Source: Cetorhinus maximus (Eukaryota). From it: 64,000 nt of DNA. A program made the position numbers and the translations under genes. Positions within the stretch are counted from its first letter, which is position 1. Each line of letters opens with the position of its first letter. The notes under the pieces are model-generated. The model was not told the DNA's origin, made no database searches, and saw only the letters and a list, made by a program, of their open reading frames with translations. Shown here in pieces: positions 12,160 through 26,634 of this stretch. The stretch lies in the NCBI RefSeq assembly GCF_964194155.1, contig NC_135902.1, forward strand, positions 46,624,001 through 46,688,000, written 5' to 3'.

Positions 12160-12650
12160 TACAGAAATGATATAGAAGCAGTGGAGAAAATACAAAAAAG
12201 ATGTACAAGGATGATAACAGAACTGAGAGGCTATGTCTTTCAGGAAAGATTTATCAGGCTGTGGCTCTTTCTCTAGAAAAGAGAAGGCTGAAAGGTAAAC
12301 TGATAAAGACCTTTAAGATTATGAAAGGGGTTGATAGGGTACGTGTAGAGGAAATGTTTCCAGTTTTGGGCAGCCCAAATCTAGGGGTCATAAATATAAT
12401 GGTTACTGGTAAATTCACTGAGGAATTCAGGAGAAACTTTCATACTTAGTGCTGAGAATGTGGAACTCACTACTACATGGAGTGGCTGAGGGGGAATAGT
12501 ATTGATGCATCTAAGAGGAAGCTAAATAAGTACTTGAGGAAAAAAAGAATAGGATATGCTGGTAGAATGGAAGGAGGTTCATGTGGAGCACAAACGCTGT
12601 ATAGACCAGTTGAGCTGAATGAGTTGTGCTCTACAATCTATGTAATTCTA
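12160..12650 (+). mobile_element. CR1 LINE 3' fragment
   Basis: ORF 12201-12449 encodes LSLEKRRLKGKLIKTFKIMKGVDRV, the CR1 ORF2 C-terminus. Confidence 0.85.
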
Positions 12651-13221
12651 TTTGAGGTGGAAGGCTAAAGATATTTCTGTTTAAGCGGAAGTTACAGTTT
12701 ATGAAGAAATGGTTATCTCTATTATTATGTGGATCTGAGTACTGGAATATCAGAAAATCAAGAATGGTGCAATAAGACAGCATGGACAAGAAAGACCACT
12801 CTATGGAAGATCCATAAAAGATGACTGTGATGGTTCTAATATGTTTCAAGAATGGAAACAACTACTGTACCTTTCAGTTTAACCCTATTGTCGTTGCTGA
12901 GCTGATGGACAGGAGTTCAGTAATAGATGTAGAGCATGACTATTGCGGTCTCCTGTTGCAAAGTAGAGAATTTGTTCGTGTGAGAGGGTTGAGGAGTTAA
13001 TGTGGATTAGTTAATGTGGAGCTGGCTAAGTGCAAGGGAGGACTGGCTGGCTCATTGATCTGGAAGGTAATTTGGATGGTGCACTGCTTCATTTGCTTAA
13101 TCATTTCAAGGACCTTCTGAAGAAAATGCTGTGGAGATTGTTTTGACAAGTTGCCTGTTTGTGTTAGGTGCAATTTAAATAAATACAACTACTTGCATTT
13201 ATATAATATCTTTAATGTAGA

Positions 13222-14155
13222 GGGTTGATCAGTAAGTTCGCAGATGACACGAAAATTGGTGGGGTGATAAATAGTGAGGAGGTAAGCCTTAGATTACAGG
13301 AGGATATAGACGGGCTGGTCAGATGGGCTGATCAGTGGCAAATGGAATTTAATCCGGATAAGTGTGAGGTGATGCACTTGGGCAGGACAAACAAGGCATG
13401 GGAATACACGATGAATGGTAGGACCCTGGGAAGTACCGAGGATCAGAGGGACCTTGGTGTGCATGTCCACCGGTCCCTTAAGGTAGCGGGACAGGTAGAT
13501 AAGGTGGTTAAGAAGGCATATGGGATAATTGCCTTTATTAGCCGAGGCATAGAATATAACAGCAGGGAGGTTATGCTGGAACTGTATAAAATGCTGGTTA
13601 GGCCACAGTAAGAGTATTGCGTGCCATTCTGGAATCTGCATTATAGGGAGGATGTGATTGCACTAGAGAGAGTGCAGAGGAGGTTTACCAGGATGTTGCT
13701 TAGGCTGCAGAGTTTTAGTTGTGAGGAGAGATTGGATAGACTGGGGTTATTTTCCCTGGAGCAGAGGAGACTGAGGGGGTACATGATTGAGGTGTATTTA
13801 ATTATGAGGGGCATAGATAGGGTAGACAGGAAGGAACTTCTCCCCTTGGTGGAGGGATCAATAACCAGGGGGCATAGATTTAAGGTGAGGGGCTGGACAT
13901 TTAGAGGGGATGTGAGAAATAATTTTTTCACCCAGATGGTGGTGGGAATTGGAACTCATTGCCTGAAAGTGTGGTAGAGGCAGAAACCCTCATAATATTT
14001 AAGTAGTATTTGGATGTGCACTTGCGATGCCATGGTATACAAGGCTATGGTCCTAGTGTTGGAAAATGGGATTAGAATAGTTAGGTACTTGTTTGACCGG
14101 CGCAGACTCGATGGGCCGAAGGACCTTTTTCTGTGCTGTAGACCTCTATGACTTT
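13222..14155 (+). mobile_element. Relatively young 5'-truncated CR1 LINE (RT C-terminal half and 3' UTR)
   Basis: Peptides SKFADDTKIGG...WQMEFNPDKCEVMHLG and LERVQRRFTRM...LGLFSLEQRRLRG, with a CR1-type 3' end (ctctatgact). It interrupts a reversed L2/SINE tail. Confidence 0.95.
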
Positions 14156-16379
14156 AAGAGTACCTCAATGTACTTCAGATGCCTAAAGAAAAATGAATGC
14201 TGAGCAAGAGGTTAGAAAGGCTGACTGAAGGCTTGGCCAGAATTTTGAGGAAAGGGAAATGGGGTATCCAGTGCTTCCTACCCTTTTAGCCATTTTGCTA
14301 CAATATGTGTTTGTAATATTTTTGTTTATAATTCTAAATGCTGAGATTGTATTCCATTAAATGTTACACAATTTTTGCAACTTCAAGGTATAATGCTAAT
14401 GGTTTCTGGTGTCTTTCTGGGACAATGTTATTACACTTTAGATAGACAGGCAGTGAAGTAAAGAACTGAAGACTTGTCTTTAAAAGCTTATAATTGTGAT
14501 TTTACAAATAGCACCCCCAAACTCAACCCCTACAGTTTGTTTGCTCCAGTGCTTGAATGCAATTAAACACCCAGTTACCATACAATTAACAATATGGTGT
14601 AATCTAGGTTTTTGAATCAAGTTCATACTGACGGATTAGTGAAGTTACCAAAATGTAATGCTGCGTGATGAATTTAATTTAATTGATTGTGGATGTCTGG
14701 GTGAGCTTGTGTGGACCCGACAACAATCAGCTGGTAGCATGGGGAAACAGTGGCTTGGAAGAAGGCCAAATTGCTATGGATGTATTCATGACATGAGACT
14801 CCAATGGCTTGGATAGTAACCATCTGAAGAGCATTAGTGATAGCCAGGAGCTTACATCAGCAGAGATTGGCAACTTAGTGGCAAAATTTTGACTTTTCTT
14901 TTTCTTTCTGATGTAAATGTGCTATCAGACACACTTGGCTCTTGATTGATTTGGACATGTTTGAAGGAGCTTTCCTTTGAATTCACTCTTGTAATTTATA
15001 CATTTTTATCTACTGGACATTTAGTCTTGATTTGTGTAATTATTAATTGCCCAGTGTAAATGTTCAATTTAAGTGCATTGACAGGTTAAAACAAAATTGT
15101 GTTTTGGATCTTTGTCTTGGACTAACTTCAATGATTGTGACCAAAGACTGGATCACTTGTCCTGTAGTTACAGTCAATTCAGTCCCAAAAATAGCTATGC
15201 TGTCTACATTACAAGGATCACTGAGCCCTTAATGCTGTTTATAAAAAAAAACCTGACCATCTCCATTTAGAGAAAATCCGTATCACTGAGTTTGTGATCA
15301 TTTCCAGAATCTAAACAATTGGAACTTCCCAAGAGAACTGCACTGAAACTGATCATCTCCTCAGTGTTTTCTGTGCAGTGCAGCTTCCGTTATCTCTCAT
15401 TGATGGATAATGAAAATTGGCAGATTAACAAGAGTGCCCAAGCTCTGGTCTTCTGTTAATGGTACAAGGAATATATTGGGCATGCAAATGAAGACCCATA
15501 AAATGTAACAAATGTGCATTTAATTTTAATATTCCTTGGGCTTTTAATCCAAGTCAGACAGGAAGAGATTGGTGTTGGGTTGAATGATGAACAATGTCTT
15601 GTGCAAGGCTTTGTTTCACATTGGAGTGATCTATACTTTATTTCTTGTCATATCTTGGCAGCCTACCACCTTGTGAAATGGTTTGCGCTATGGTGTTCAC
15701 TTCTTTGTTAAATATCACCTGATGTGGCTCAGGAGCTCCACCCTGTCATGTCAGTCTCTGTCACAATTGCTGCAGAAGAAGCCAGGCTGAGCAGGTGCAG
15801 GATTTGCTGGCCTCAGTTTTCCCTGGGCCCTCTTCTTGGCCAGCTGAGCTCTCCATTTCTGCTCTCTACTTCCAATGCCCCTCCAAACAGCCTCCAGAGG
15901 TCACGGCCCTAGGCAACTGTCTCCCAGTTGTCGGTGTCAATGTCCACCATCTTGCTTGCAGGTGCCCTTGTAGCGGAGGTATGGATTTCTATAATTTAGT
16001 GACACAATGACCAGTTCCATACTTGACATGTAGTATACATGGAAACTCTACTGCTGTTCAGACAAGGTTTGTTAGAAATTCTTTATTCATACATGAAAGC
16101 TAATTTTCTTTTGCATTTTGAGGAAGTTGGTCTGGCAGAATTTTTTTTGATGGAGCTTCTGTTGGTGCCAACAGAGCAAATTAATTCTAACGATGCTTTT
16201 GAAATTTGTCAATTCACCAAATTACACGATGTTGTCTTTTTTAAAATTACAATCTGCTGTTAATTCAAATTCTTATTGCGTTTAAGAGCTACTGTGCCAT
16301 TTTAATGCAATGGCTTAATTTGCCTTTTTGGGTAATTGGACTATTTTTTTGGCACACCAGCCCTTTCCTTGGCAACTGT

Positions 16380-16760
16380 CTGAGGCTGAACCAGAGTGTT
16401 TGAAACCTTGGTATCTTATTTGGCCTCAAGGCGAGCATCCAACCATATATTCATACCATCATTAAGATCATCTATTTTCACCTCTGTAACATTGCCAGAA
16501 TCCATCCTTGCCTCAGCTCAGCTGCTGCTGAAACCCTCATCCATGCCTTTGTTACCTCTAGACTCGACTATCCCAACATACTCTTGGCCAGTCTCCTGTT
16601 TTCTACTATCCAGAAACTTGGTCATGCATAACTCTGCCGCCTCTGATTCAACTTGTACCAAGGCCCGTTTTCACTCATCACTCCTGTGCTCACTAACCTA
16701 AACCGGCTCCAGTTTAAGCAATTCCTCAATGTTAAAAGCTCTAAAAATTTCTCACTAAAC
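16380..16760 (+). mobile_element. L2 LINE fragment
   Basis: Contains gctgaaaccctcatccatgcctttgttacctctagactcgacta (AETLIHAFVTSRLDY), a classic L2 ORF2 motif. Confidence 0.8.
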
Positions 16761-16777
16761 CTCTCCAGCCTCCTTTA

Positions 16778-17525
16778 GGTGGCAGATGAAGTTCAATGCA
16801 GAGAAATGTGAGGTGATTCATTTTGGTAGGAAGAACATGAAGGGGCATTGTAAAATAAGGGGTACAACTCTCAAGGGTGTGCAGGAGCGGAGGGACCTGG
16901 GTGCATATGTGCATAAGTCATTAAAGGTGGCAGGACAGGTGGAGAGAGCAGTTAATAAAGCATACAGTATCCAAGGCTTTATTAATAGGGGCATAAAGTA
17001 CAAGAGCAAGGAGGTTATGCTGAACTTGTATAGGACACTGGTTAGACCTCAGCTGGAGTATTGTGTACAGTTATGGGCGCCACACTTTAGGAGAGAGTGT
17101 AGAAGAGGTTTACAAAAATGAGATACTTCATTTATGAAGATAGAGGTTAGAAGTTGGGACTGTCCTCTTTAGAGAGGAGATCTGATAGAGGTGCTCAAAA
17201 TCATGAGGGAGAAACTATTCCGCTCTTAAAAGGATTGAGAGCAAGAGGACACAGATTTAAAGTGATTTGCAAAAGAAGCAAATGCGATGTGAAAAAAAAG
17301 TTTTCACACAGTGAGTGGTTCGGGTCTGGAATGCACTACCTGGAAGTGTGATGGATGCAGGTTCAAATGAGGCATTTAAGAGGACTCTAGATGATTACTT
17401 GAATAGAAACAATGCACATGGGTATGGGGGAAAGACTGGAGAATGGCACTAAGTCATAATGCTCACTCAGAGCCAGTGCAGACATGATGGGCTGAATGAC
17501 CTCCTCCTGCACCATAACAATTCTG
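16778..17525 (+). mobile_element. CR1 LINE 3' fragment
   Basis: ORF 16786-17121 encodes MKFNAEKCEVIHFGRKN...LYRTLVRPQLEYCVQLWAPH. Confidence 0.92.
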
Positions 17526-20019
17526 TGATTCTTTTGAAAGTGTTGATATTTGTGAATGTGGAAAGTGAAGAGTGGGCACCAGTGTAAAGCACACAAGTGG
17601 GCATAGAGGGAAATTAGCAATAGTTGGAGGTCCATGAATGAACAAAACGAAGATAACATACCTAATGGTGGGCATGGAGTGGTGGGCAGGCATGAGCTGG
17701 GAAGGAACTTGAGTAACAGAAGGAAGCCTGGGCCCAAGAGAGTGAATAGCAGGGTCAGTATGGGGGAAAGGGATCTCACCCTGGACCCATGCACCCAGAT
17801 CATGGCAGGCCAAAGATCTTCCGAAAGATAGTACCAAGTTACTAAAGTTTCCCAAAGGAAAAAGACTGAAGAATGACATGATTTAACTACTTTTAGAACA
17901 ATTGAAAGTTGGACATGGTGGTACCTTGTGAAGGGCTAGTGCATGTGACTTTAAATGAAAAATTGAGCTAAGTGTAAGAATAGTCTTCACACGAATTGAA
18001 CTGCTACCTGGCACAATGAATACTGAGCCAATTGAAGTATTTGTGAAACAGTGCTAAGATATTGATTCAGGGAGTAAAGGAATATAGACTTGGTGCCAAA
18101 ACTGGCAGAAGATGAAACTGACCCTTGCAGAGGTCCTGAAAGAACATGAAAGGCTTTTTTTGTTTATGTTTTATGTTCTCTTTTTCTTAACTGTCGCCAA
18201 TTTCAATTCCAAAAAATGAATTAACTTGGCTAAGGAATTAACCCACATTGCTAAATTCTGATAATTAACCTTTTTTAAAAACACACACTAAAAAATTCTT
18301 CATAGATACTTTGATATTGACTGTTTCATGAGGTGAAGCAGATATTATGAAAATACAAGCGATTCGGATATGTAATAAATGTGTAAGTTGAAGCAACATG
18401 AAAGCAGTAAAAATAAAGACATTCAGGATTTGAAAATTTTGCCGTTTGTCAACTTGGTTGTCTTTACGTCAAAGGCTTGTTTATGTGCTCCTTCCTTCAG
18501 CAACGTAAGTGTTACCATTTTTTGTCCCGTTTGGCTAGGTCGAGTTAAGATGTAATGAGAATGGCAGGGCATTCCCAGACTAGGTTTCAGGAAGCACTGG
18601 AGCAATATGAAAGGCTGCATGTAAAGAATTCTACAATAAATTTTCTCAACTGTGACATTTTCATTTGCAGCTTTATATGGGCAGCATCATTTGTGAATTG
18701 CGTTTAGCTGCAATTTGTGTTTTTCCACTTGTATTTACTTGGATCCTATAAGTCGCTTGTTCCAAGATGGACCATGACAGACTTAAGCTTCTCCCATAGG
18801 CTTTTGCAGCTGCTATAGAAATCCTGATAACATGGACGTTTAAAATTTCTGCAGTTCTCTATATTTCAGAACAATTGACAATTTAACGTACTTGATGGTT
18901 TTATTTGAGAACAGCATGGCATCTCATACCCCATTGGGCATGAGTTTGCTGAGTAACAAACCTATGGCAGCTGGAAGAAAGAGCCAAAACTCTTATGGCT
19001 CCATAGTTAAGTGGAGTGTGTAAATTGCTTGGAACATTGTTGAAACCATTAGAATGACTTAAAATTAACTGCAGTTTCTTTAGTTTAGTGCAAAAAGAAA
19101 AAAAATGCTATTCACTTTTTGAAATGAGTGGTTTCTTGATGACTGCAGTTGATTTATGTTTTCACAAGCTGAAAACGATGTTTTGTTCTGAAGAGTGTTT
19201 GGAATTCTGCACTTCTCTTGGTTTTCTATGTGGATTTGAGAACAAATGTTTTGACCTCCTTGGTCTTCCTGGCATAGGTGCAGCCCGTTTTGTGCATTTG
19301 TAGACGTAAGTAGGCAGGTGCTGCAATTCTAATGAACACAGAAACAGGAAATGAGGTTTTGATGAACGCCCTCTTTATACAGAGGCTGACAACCTGTTTC
19401 ATATTTCTAGCGTTTTGTGTTTTCATTTAAGATATGAAGCATTTTTAACTTTCTTTTTTACTGTGGAACAAATTGATTTGAGTACCATGCTTGGATTGAC
19501 TGTACTGACCCATCATATTGAGAATATTTCATAGTAGGACTTGATATCGTTTAGTGGGTTATGGCATTGCTTGTTGTGATACTTAGGCACCCAGCCAAGA
19601 GTGTTCTGATTGGATTCACTGCTGTGTTAGCCAGTCTCAGCTAGAGTATCAGCAAGGGCTGTGCAATTGGTTTTAGATTCCTTTGGTGTGGACAAAAAAG
19701 AGATCAGTCCTGTCCCTGACAGAGTGACTTCCATTGCTCCCTTTGCAGGATTGAGCTAGGTTGTCATCTCACTCCGCCCCCCCAAAAATTCAACAACTTA
19801 CAAATCCTTGCTATCAAGGCGACTTCATGAAGAGTGACCACTCTTGACAGTCGTGCCAGCGGGCCACAGGTATCTGTAAAATCATATTGCAGCAATAGTC
19901 AACATCTTCAGGAGAATAGTGAAGTAGAGAGAAAGTTTCTTCTCTCTTCTCCTAACCATCCTGATTGGGAGGAATTATATTACATTTTGGTTGTGTGTTT
20001 TGGGCTAGTTAAAATCTGT

Positions 20020-20400
20020 GGCTCAGACTTTCCTGGGCACTTGTGCCATTGTAATAGCGCGAGTTGAGAGTAGTGCAACTGATGTTGTGTATATGGACTT
20101 CCAGAAAGCATTTGACAAAGTACCACAGAATAGACTTGTCAACAAAACTGAAGACCACAGGACTGAAGAGACACTGGCAGCATTAGTATGAATTTGGTTT
20201 AAGGGACAGAAAGCCATAGTGTTGATTGGTCGTTTTTCAGACTGGAGGCAGGTAAACAGTACTCTTCGTCAGGGTTTATATTAGGACCGCTGATCATTTT
20301 GATATATATTAATGACCAAAGTTTGCAGATGATACAAAACTCAGAAATATAGTAAACAATTAGGAAGATGGTAACATTCAGTTCAGGCAAGGAGGTCAGT
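20020..20400 (+). mobile_element. Degenerate CR1 RT fragment
   Basis: gatgttgtgtatatggacttccagaaagcatttgacaaagtacca translates to DVVYMDFQKAFDKVP. Confidence 0.75.
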
Positions 20401-21171
20401 TGCAAGTCAACCCATTGAAGTGGCCTAGCAAGTTACTCCATTGTAGCAATGAGGGATGTGTAGAAAATGCCAGCCTAGCCTGTGCTGCCCACACCCCAAG
20501 AATAAAATAAACATAAAGGTTGGGTATCAGCAAGTAGCAATTTCAATTCTGATAAGTCACTAAAGTGCTGTGCACTCAGGGGCAAAAATGTTTTCATCAA
20601 GGAGCTCAAAGTGGGTTTGTTTTAAAGAATTGATTGTCCACTTTAGCAATTCCAATCTGTCACAGTAAGATCGCTTTGTCCAAAAACACAGCCTGGAATC
20701 CGATTCTGTTCCACTGTTTTGGGCATTGCTACAATGAACATTGGCTGTGCTGCTTCTGATTCACAACCACTCCTGTATGCTTTCTGTGACGTACGTGTTC
20801 TAGTGAGAATGCAGGAAAATATAGAGGGTATTATTAATGGTAAGACTGGTGCAGTGGATGGTGACATTTACAGTTCCAGGAACATCTGGACCACACTGCA
20901 GCTCTCCTTTTAGTTTGACAAATGTTTCTGTGCATGTCTGAAAGGTGTTATTTATTGAGCAGAAATAGTTTGGTAATGAGGATGTGGAAGTCCGAAACAA
21001 CAATTCCTTATTGGCATAGATATGGGTTCAGTGAGGGGCAGGGCGTGGGGGCAAATCAGGTCGACGGTGGGTTTGAGAGTAGTTGTGACCATCCTGCAAC
21101 TGCTGAATGCTAGAGACAGCTTGGATGCATTAGCTAATTTAAGTAATTTTCAATGTCAGCATTGTCAGTTA

Positions 21172-22551
21172 CCGTAAATACTTGAGTAATGGTCGATCTC
21201 GTGTAAAAGTCGACCCCCTTTAGCCAAAAAATCGAAACTTTGTACTTGTCACCTGCTTGCTGCTGAAGTCGAACTCGCCCTGATGCAAACCTACTTGATT
21301 GAATCCTAGAATAGCATACCATTGAAGGCAGCTGTTCAGCTCCCCTTATCTGCGCGCATCAACATGTGATGTCAAGGCTACAACTCGCTGTTGTGCGCTG
21401 TGTTCTCGCCAATCCCGCCCCCTAATATGGCAGATACACAGCCTTGTTCAAACTTAAAAGTTGTTGAGATTGCAAAGCAGGCAAATAATTGTGCAGCAGC
21501 TGGAGAATTCAAGGTATTGGAGAAGAACGTTAGAGATGGGAAGCTCTCTGCACAGATTAGGCAGATACTTAAGAATAAATGCACAAACAGGAAAGCCTGG
21601 CATGTGGCCAAGATTGGAAGACAAAGTTGGAAAATACGTCAAAGATAATCGCCAGAACGGACTCTGTTTTTTGAAGATCTTTCGAATCTTTGTCCTGAAA
21701 GAAGTAAGAAAATTAGGCATTGCAGATTTCTCAAAGCCAGCCCTGGATGGTGTACCAGGTTTATGAAGAGAAACAATTTTGTACTGTGACGGAAGACCAG
21801 GATTTCACAACTGTGAAACTGGATGTGTCTCTAAACAAGCCCTTCAAGGATAGTGAGAAAAAAGTGGAAGGACTGGATGATCAGAGGAAAGAAGACATAC
21901 GCCAAGGGAGACCGCATACGGCCTCTGATGTTAGCAGTCTTGTGTGAATGGGTTGTAGAGGCCTGGGATGAAATCAGAACGGAGATTGTTGTCACATCAT
22001 TCAAGAAATGTGGAATATCCAATGCACACGATTGTGCAGAGGGTGATTATTTGTGGAATGATGTGGCGACGACAATGTGATTGCTGATGAAGATGATGTT
22101 GTTGATCCGCATGATGCCATTCAAGAAGTGTTATTTGGTTCTGAAGACGAAGAGGAGGGTGGTTTTTATAGATGTCAATACACGTTCAGCGCATGCTCTG
22201 CTGCTAACTAGTATCCTTTTCTGAATTGTGAAGAACAGTGAAATTGTATAAATTTATATAAATGGCTTTTGTTTGTGATTTTGATAAATTTGATACATAA
22301 ATTAATGTCTGACTCCATGGAGGTTATTATTTATTTATAAATAAAAGTTTAATAATTTTCACTCCTTTTGTGCTACTTTTAGGGATGATGTTAGAGGGAA
22401 CAGTCTCCAAGCTGACAATTCTGCGGTAGTGAGGTGATGGTAGTGGGTGGATTTCAACCTGCCCAAAACGTTACTCGTGTAAAAGTCAACCCCCTACTTT
22501 TTGAATAAAAATTTAGTCTTAGAAATTCTAATTTTACATGTATATGTACGG
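21172..22551 (+). mobile_element. Internally deleted pogo-family (POGK/Passer-like) DNA transposon
   Basis: Termini TA|CCGTA...TACGG|tg. Subterminal repeat ctcgtgtaaaagtc(g/a)accccct at ~21198 and ~22474. N-terminal peptide LKVVEIAKQANNCAAA and C-terminal peptides LDVSLNKPFKD and LCEWVVEAWDEI...TSFKKCGISN. The central DDE region is missing. Confidence 0.85.
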
Positions 22552-23310
22552 TGCATTTACTAACTATGTAGTGCAACTGCAGTGCTAGGATTTAGCCAAC
22601 TATTGCTCATTTTTTTTGCGATTTGCTCATTCGCTCCAGCATTGGCAGCTATGCTTTCAACTGCTGAGGCCCGAGGCTCTAAAATTCCCTCCCTGAACCG
22701 CTCCGATTCTTTTCCCTCCTTTAAAATGCTCCTTAATACCTACCACTTTAATCAAGCTTTTGGTCTTCTGCCCTAATATCCCCTTATGTATCAGATTGTG
22801 TTTGATAATGCTCCTGTGAAGCACCTTGGGATGTTTGACCACATTAAAGCTGTTAAATACCAATTGTTGTTGAACTGTACAGTTGTTAAAAGTATGTGTG
22901 TATAATTTCGAACAAAATCTTATTTTGTATCTCTGTATAAAAGGGACATTTGGTAGATTTGAATGGTTTACTTTTAAATTAGTTCAATTCTCTCTCTCAC
23001 TGGTATATTGTACTATATGTACTGTTTAAAACACCATGGATGTGATTATAGCTTGTGATTTGCTTGCACTTCTCAATACAGTTTTACTTCAGGCATAACC
23101 CACATGAATAAAATTTGAAGCCTAACTCATTACAAGTTAAAACCCTATGCCGAAAATGAATGAAAGCTAGTAAATACACGTGATAGTACTTAATGCTGCT
23201 TTGCACGCATTGATTCAGAAAGAGGAATTGCTTATTTGTCTCTAGTCCTTTTATTGGAAAGAAGGGAAAATGAGAGTTTTTGGATTAACTTTATTTTGTT
23301 GTATTTTTAG

Positions 23311-23413
23311 ATGAAAACTGTCAGTGTTGCCTTAGTTCTGTGCCTGAACGTTGGTGTGGATCCCCCAGATGTGGTGAAAACTACTCCGTGTGCTCGTTTG
23401 GAATGCTGGATTG
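23311..23413 (+). CDS. RPTOR: RPTOR coding exon (equivalent to human exon 2), [34 protein letters not shown] + first base of the D codon
   Basis: 103 nt exon. Preceded by a T-rich tract and ttttag acceptor, followed by a GTGGGT donor. The translation is the highly conserved Raptor N-terminal (RNC) sequence. Confidence 0.97.
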
Positions 23414-26400
23414 GTGGGTAACCTCTTATATTCATGAGAAGATATATTCTTTTGTGCCTTTGTTCATTTCCTCAGTCACACTTCTGAATATTCAATTCTG
23501 TCTTACGATATATTATTGGACTTAATAAATCTTGGATGGTAACATTTTCACTTTACCTTCACCTTGTCCTTCCAAGGGGCAGGGAAGCAATCTCGGCTGC
23601 TTCCCCCTTTGCAGCATGGTACTTCATGACATGCATTTCCCTAGTGAAAAAATCGCTCCCCTAATTGACTGTTTTGAGTTTGGAAATTCATCACTTGGGG
23701 ACTCTGGTTTATCCAACCACTTGCAGTGCAGTATATATTTTTTTTTGGTGCACCAAATTACTGAATCTCAAAGCACCAGGTGTTTGAGAAATATCGGATT
23801 TTTGAAATAGTTGGATGGACTGCAGTCTTGTTTTTCCATAACCTGCTATGTTCAAAAAATGTACATTGTATATTTAGTTCAGAATTTCAGCACACCCATA
23901 AAATGCCCTGGATAATGCAACTTTTTTTAAATAACAATTATTAAATTATTTAGCAGTTTAACTTCAGAAATTATGCTTTTAACTATTATCCAAATAACTG
24001 TGGCACAATGTATTGCAAGAGGTTGATCACAGTTCCTCAACCCACAGGCCAAGTTTCCTATCTCAGTTAAGTCAATGAGGAGTAGCCTTCCACAGGGAAA
24101 AAGGAATCCGGGTTTCCCTTGTAAGCCTTGTTCGTGAAATGTCTAGATTTTGTTTGTAAGGTGGGAGGAGGAGGGCAGAGAAGGGGAGAAAATGTAAACC
24201 ACCTTAGAAAAGGATTTGATATTTGGTCTAATGAGTAAATATTTGAGTCCTTTCCGGATCCATAAACTGGCCAGGGTAGCATTTGGTTTATCTTAGTTTA
24301 GTTTTAATTGTTAATGCATATAACTCATTAGAAGTGGTCGAAATTGGTGGAGAAATAAATTGTCACTTGACCCAATAGTTTTGCTTCTGGCTTGCACTGT
24401 TAAATATGCATGAATGTGCCTCTAAGTGCAGTTTCTGATTTTGTGGCTGGAATCACCTGGGGGCTTTCTAAAAATAAAATGTTTCTTTCTGCCAGTTTAC
24501 TCCCTGTTCTGAAGGTATTGATTCTTTCCTGGAGTATAGTATCTTGCTCAAGTGAATCTGCTTCATATGTGAGTTGGGGATAGTGAGTTCTGGCACTTGG
24601 TTTAACTGCTGCAGGCATTATAGCTATGCTCAATCTTCTCCTTGCTTGATGTCCACATGCTCACTTCTAGCAGTAGTCTTTGGATTCTAATAGGAGCGGA
24701 ACCCTGGTCATTTTAGAAATGTAGTTATTTTCCCTCTTAATGCAAAGCACTGTGATTAATTATTTGCGCAATCCGCCCAGCTAAGATAATCTAACTCAGC
24801 AAAAACCAGGAGTCGAATGTGGGACATTGCTGCAACTCCTCACTGCAACATTGTCTCTGTATGGTCATTCGAATTGGATGGCTATTCCTGCTTTATTTTA
24901 TACAAGACCTACTTCTTACTTGTATACTTAGTTCTTTTCGTCTCCCATTTTGGCAGCAGTTCTGATCATTGGCGGAAAAATGGAAATTCACGGGGAAATG
25001 TAGAGTGTAGGTTTTTGTAACGTTGAAGGATTTACGCTGGTTGAAGCAGTGTGTTGGTTACTACAAAACGCCACTTGTGCAATGCCAGGATATTGGTTCA
25101 GGCTCTTGAAATCCTTTAGGGTGTTTCTAACAACTGAAGTTTATTAAAATAGTCTTCTAGTGCAAGACTACAAAGGTTGCCCACGTTTTTCGGAAAACTT
25201 GTTTGACTTCCTTTACAGTAAAAATTGGTCGAAACCAAAGGTGGATTCAACTTTCTCAAAAGGGAACTTGGAACAGAACAGAATCACACTTTGAGTTAAG
25301 GCATGTTTTGACTCAGTGAATATAATAAGATCTTGACTGACCTTACTACCTCAGTTAAAAAGCACTAGTTCACAATGCAATATGATTTGAATCCAGCAGT
25401 ATTATAAGTGTATAATGCTTGGTGTATTAGCTCACCTGTTTGTTCCCTGACCATGGTTTTGGAAGCTGGTGGGGAGGTGGTTGATACAATTGGCTTTGGC
25501 TGAATTCCACTTGGAAATTCGTGCTAATATCAATAAACATAGCTGTGTCTTCTCTATGTAGCATTGATGTGTATTAGGCGTTAAAGTCCTCTGACTTGCA
25601 CTTTCCCTTTAGAAAAAAACAGGGAAGGTTATTGATATATTTACAAAAATATTCCTTCATTCAAGAGAGTAATTTTCTTGAGGCAGCCTGAGTTCTTGCC
25701 TGTGAAAAATCCTGCTTCAAGCAATAGAGTAAGGGCAGTAAATCCAAGTGTCCACTTGTTGCTATGCTATCTATAAAAAAGGAATAGTTTGAATCCACGT
25801 TGATCCTTAAAGGCGTTTAATATGTTCATCTGAAAGTTTCCAGATGGTCAAGTTGCAGTTTATAAAAGAAAAAGTTTCAGACCAGAAAAGTTTAAAAAGT
25901 GCTTTATGTTCAATTTGATCAATAAAATAATGGATGCAGGGTTCAATGGCTCAGATTTAATCAATTGCTATGAATGTCCAAGCATTTGTGAGATCTCATT
26001 GTTCCACCTGCCATACATCTGTTAGCTGTTTCCTTAAATGAATCCAATGTTCTGACTTCACTATCCTTCCCAGCAATACATTGCAGCTGCTGGTAACTTT
26101 AATTAAAAGAAAAACTCCTTAACTTCCTTAATTTACCCTTCACAATGCTGATTGTACAGGCTTACAAACATGTTTGTCCTCTTATTTTGTTGCCTGGCTG
26201 AATATTGGAGGAAATTTGGGTGTATCAGTGGACATGTGGAAACTGGTGCAGTGTGACAGATGATACATTTGCTGAACACTTCGGGACTTCCTGTGGTCGT
26301 GAAAGGCACTGTAGAAATATAAATCTTTCTTTATCTGAACCTATTGTTTTAGTTTCATTCTTCTCTCACATTAACCGTACTTCTAATGTCCTTTCACAAT

Positions 26401-26634
26401 CTTCTGGTTTATTTAGAGATTGATTTTTCTTTACAGCTCTTCCCTTGAACATCAAGAATTAGCTTGTTGCTTTCATCTACACTGCATGGTGAGCTTGGGT
26501 GACCATTTCATGTCAGTGAGCTGAACTTAATGTGTGTAATTCCAGATGTGGCTTCATCAGGGTGCAACTTCTGGCAGGAGACAGCTGGAAAAACTGTGCT
26601 GTGCAGTAGATTGACCTGGGATCAGAATATGTGT

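Noticed and set aside
23340-23525. 61 aa ORF overlapping the RPTOR exon
   Set aside because: It is the wrong reading frame of the real exon and runs on into intron.
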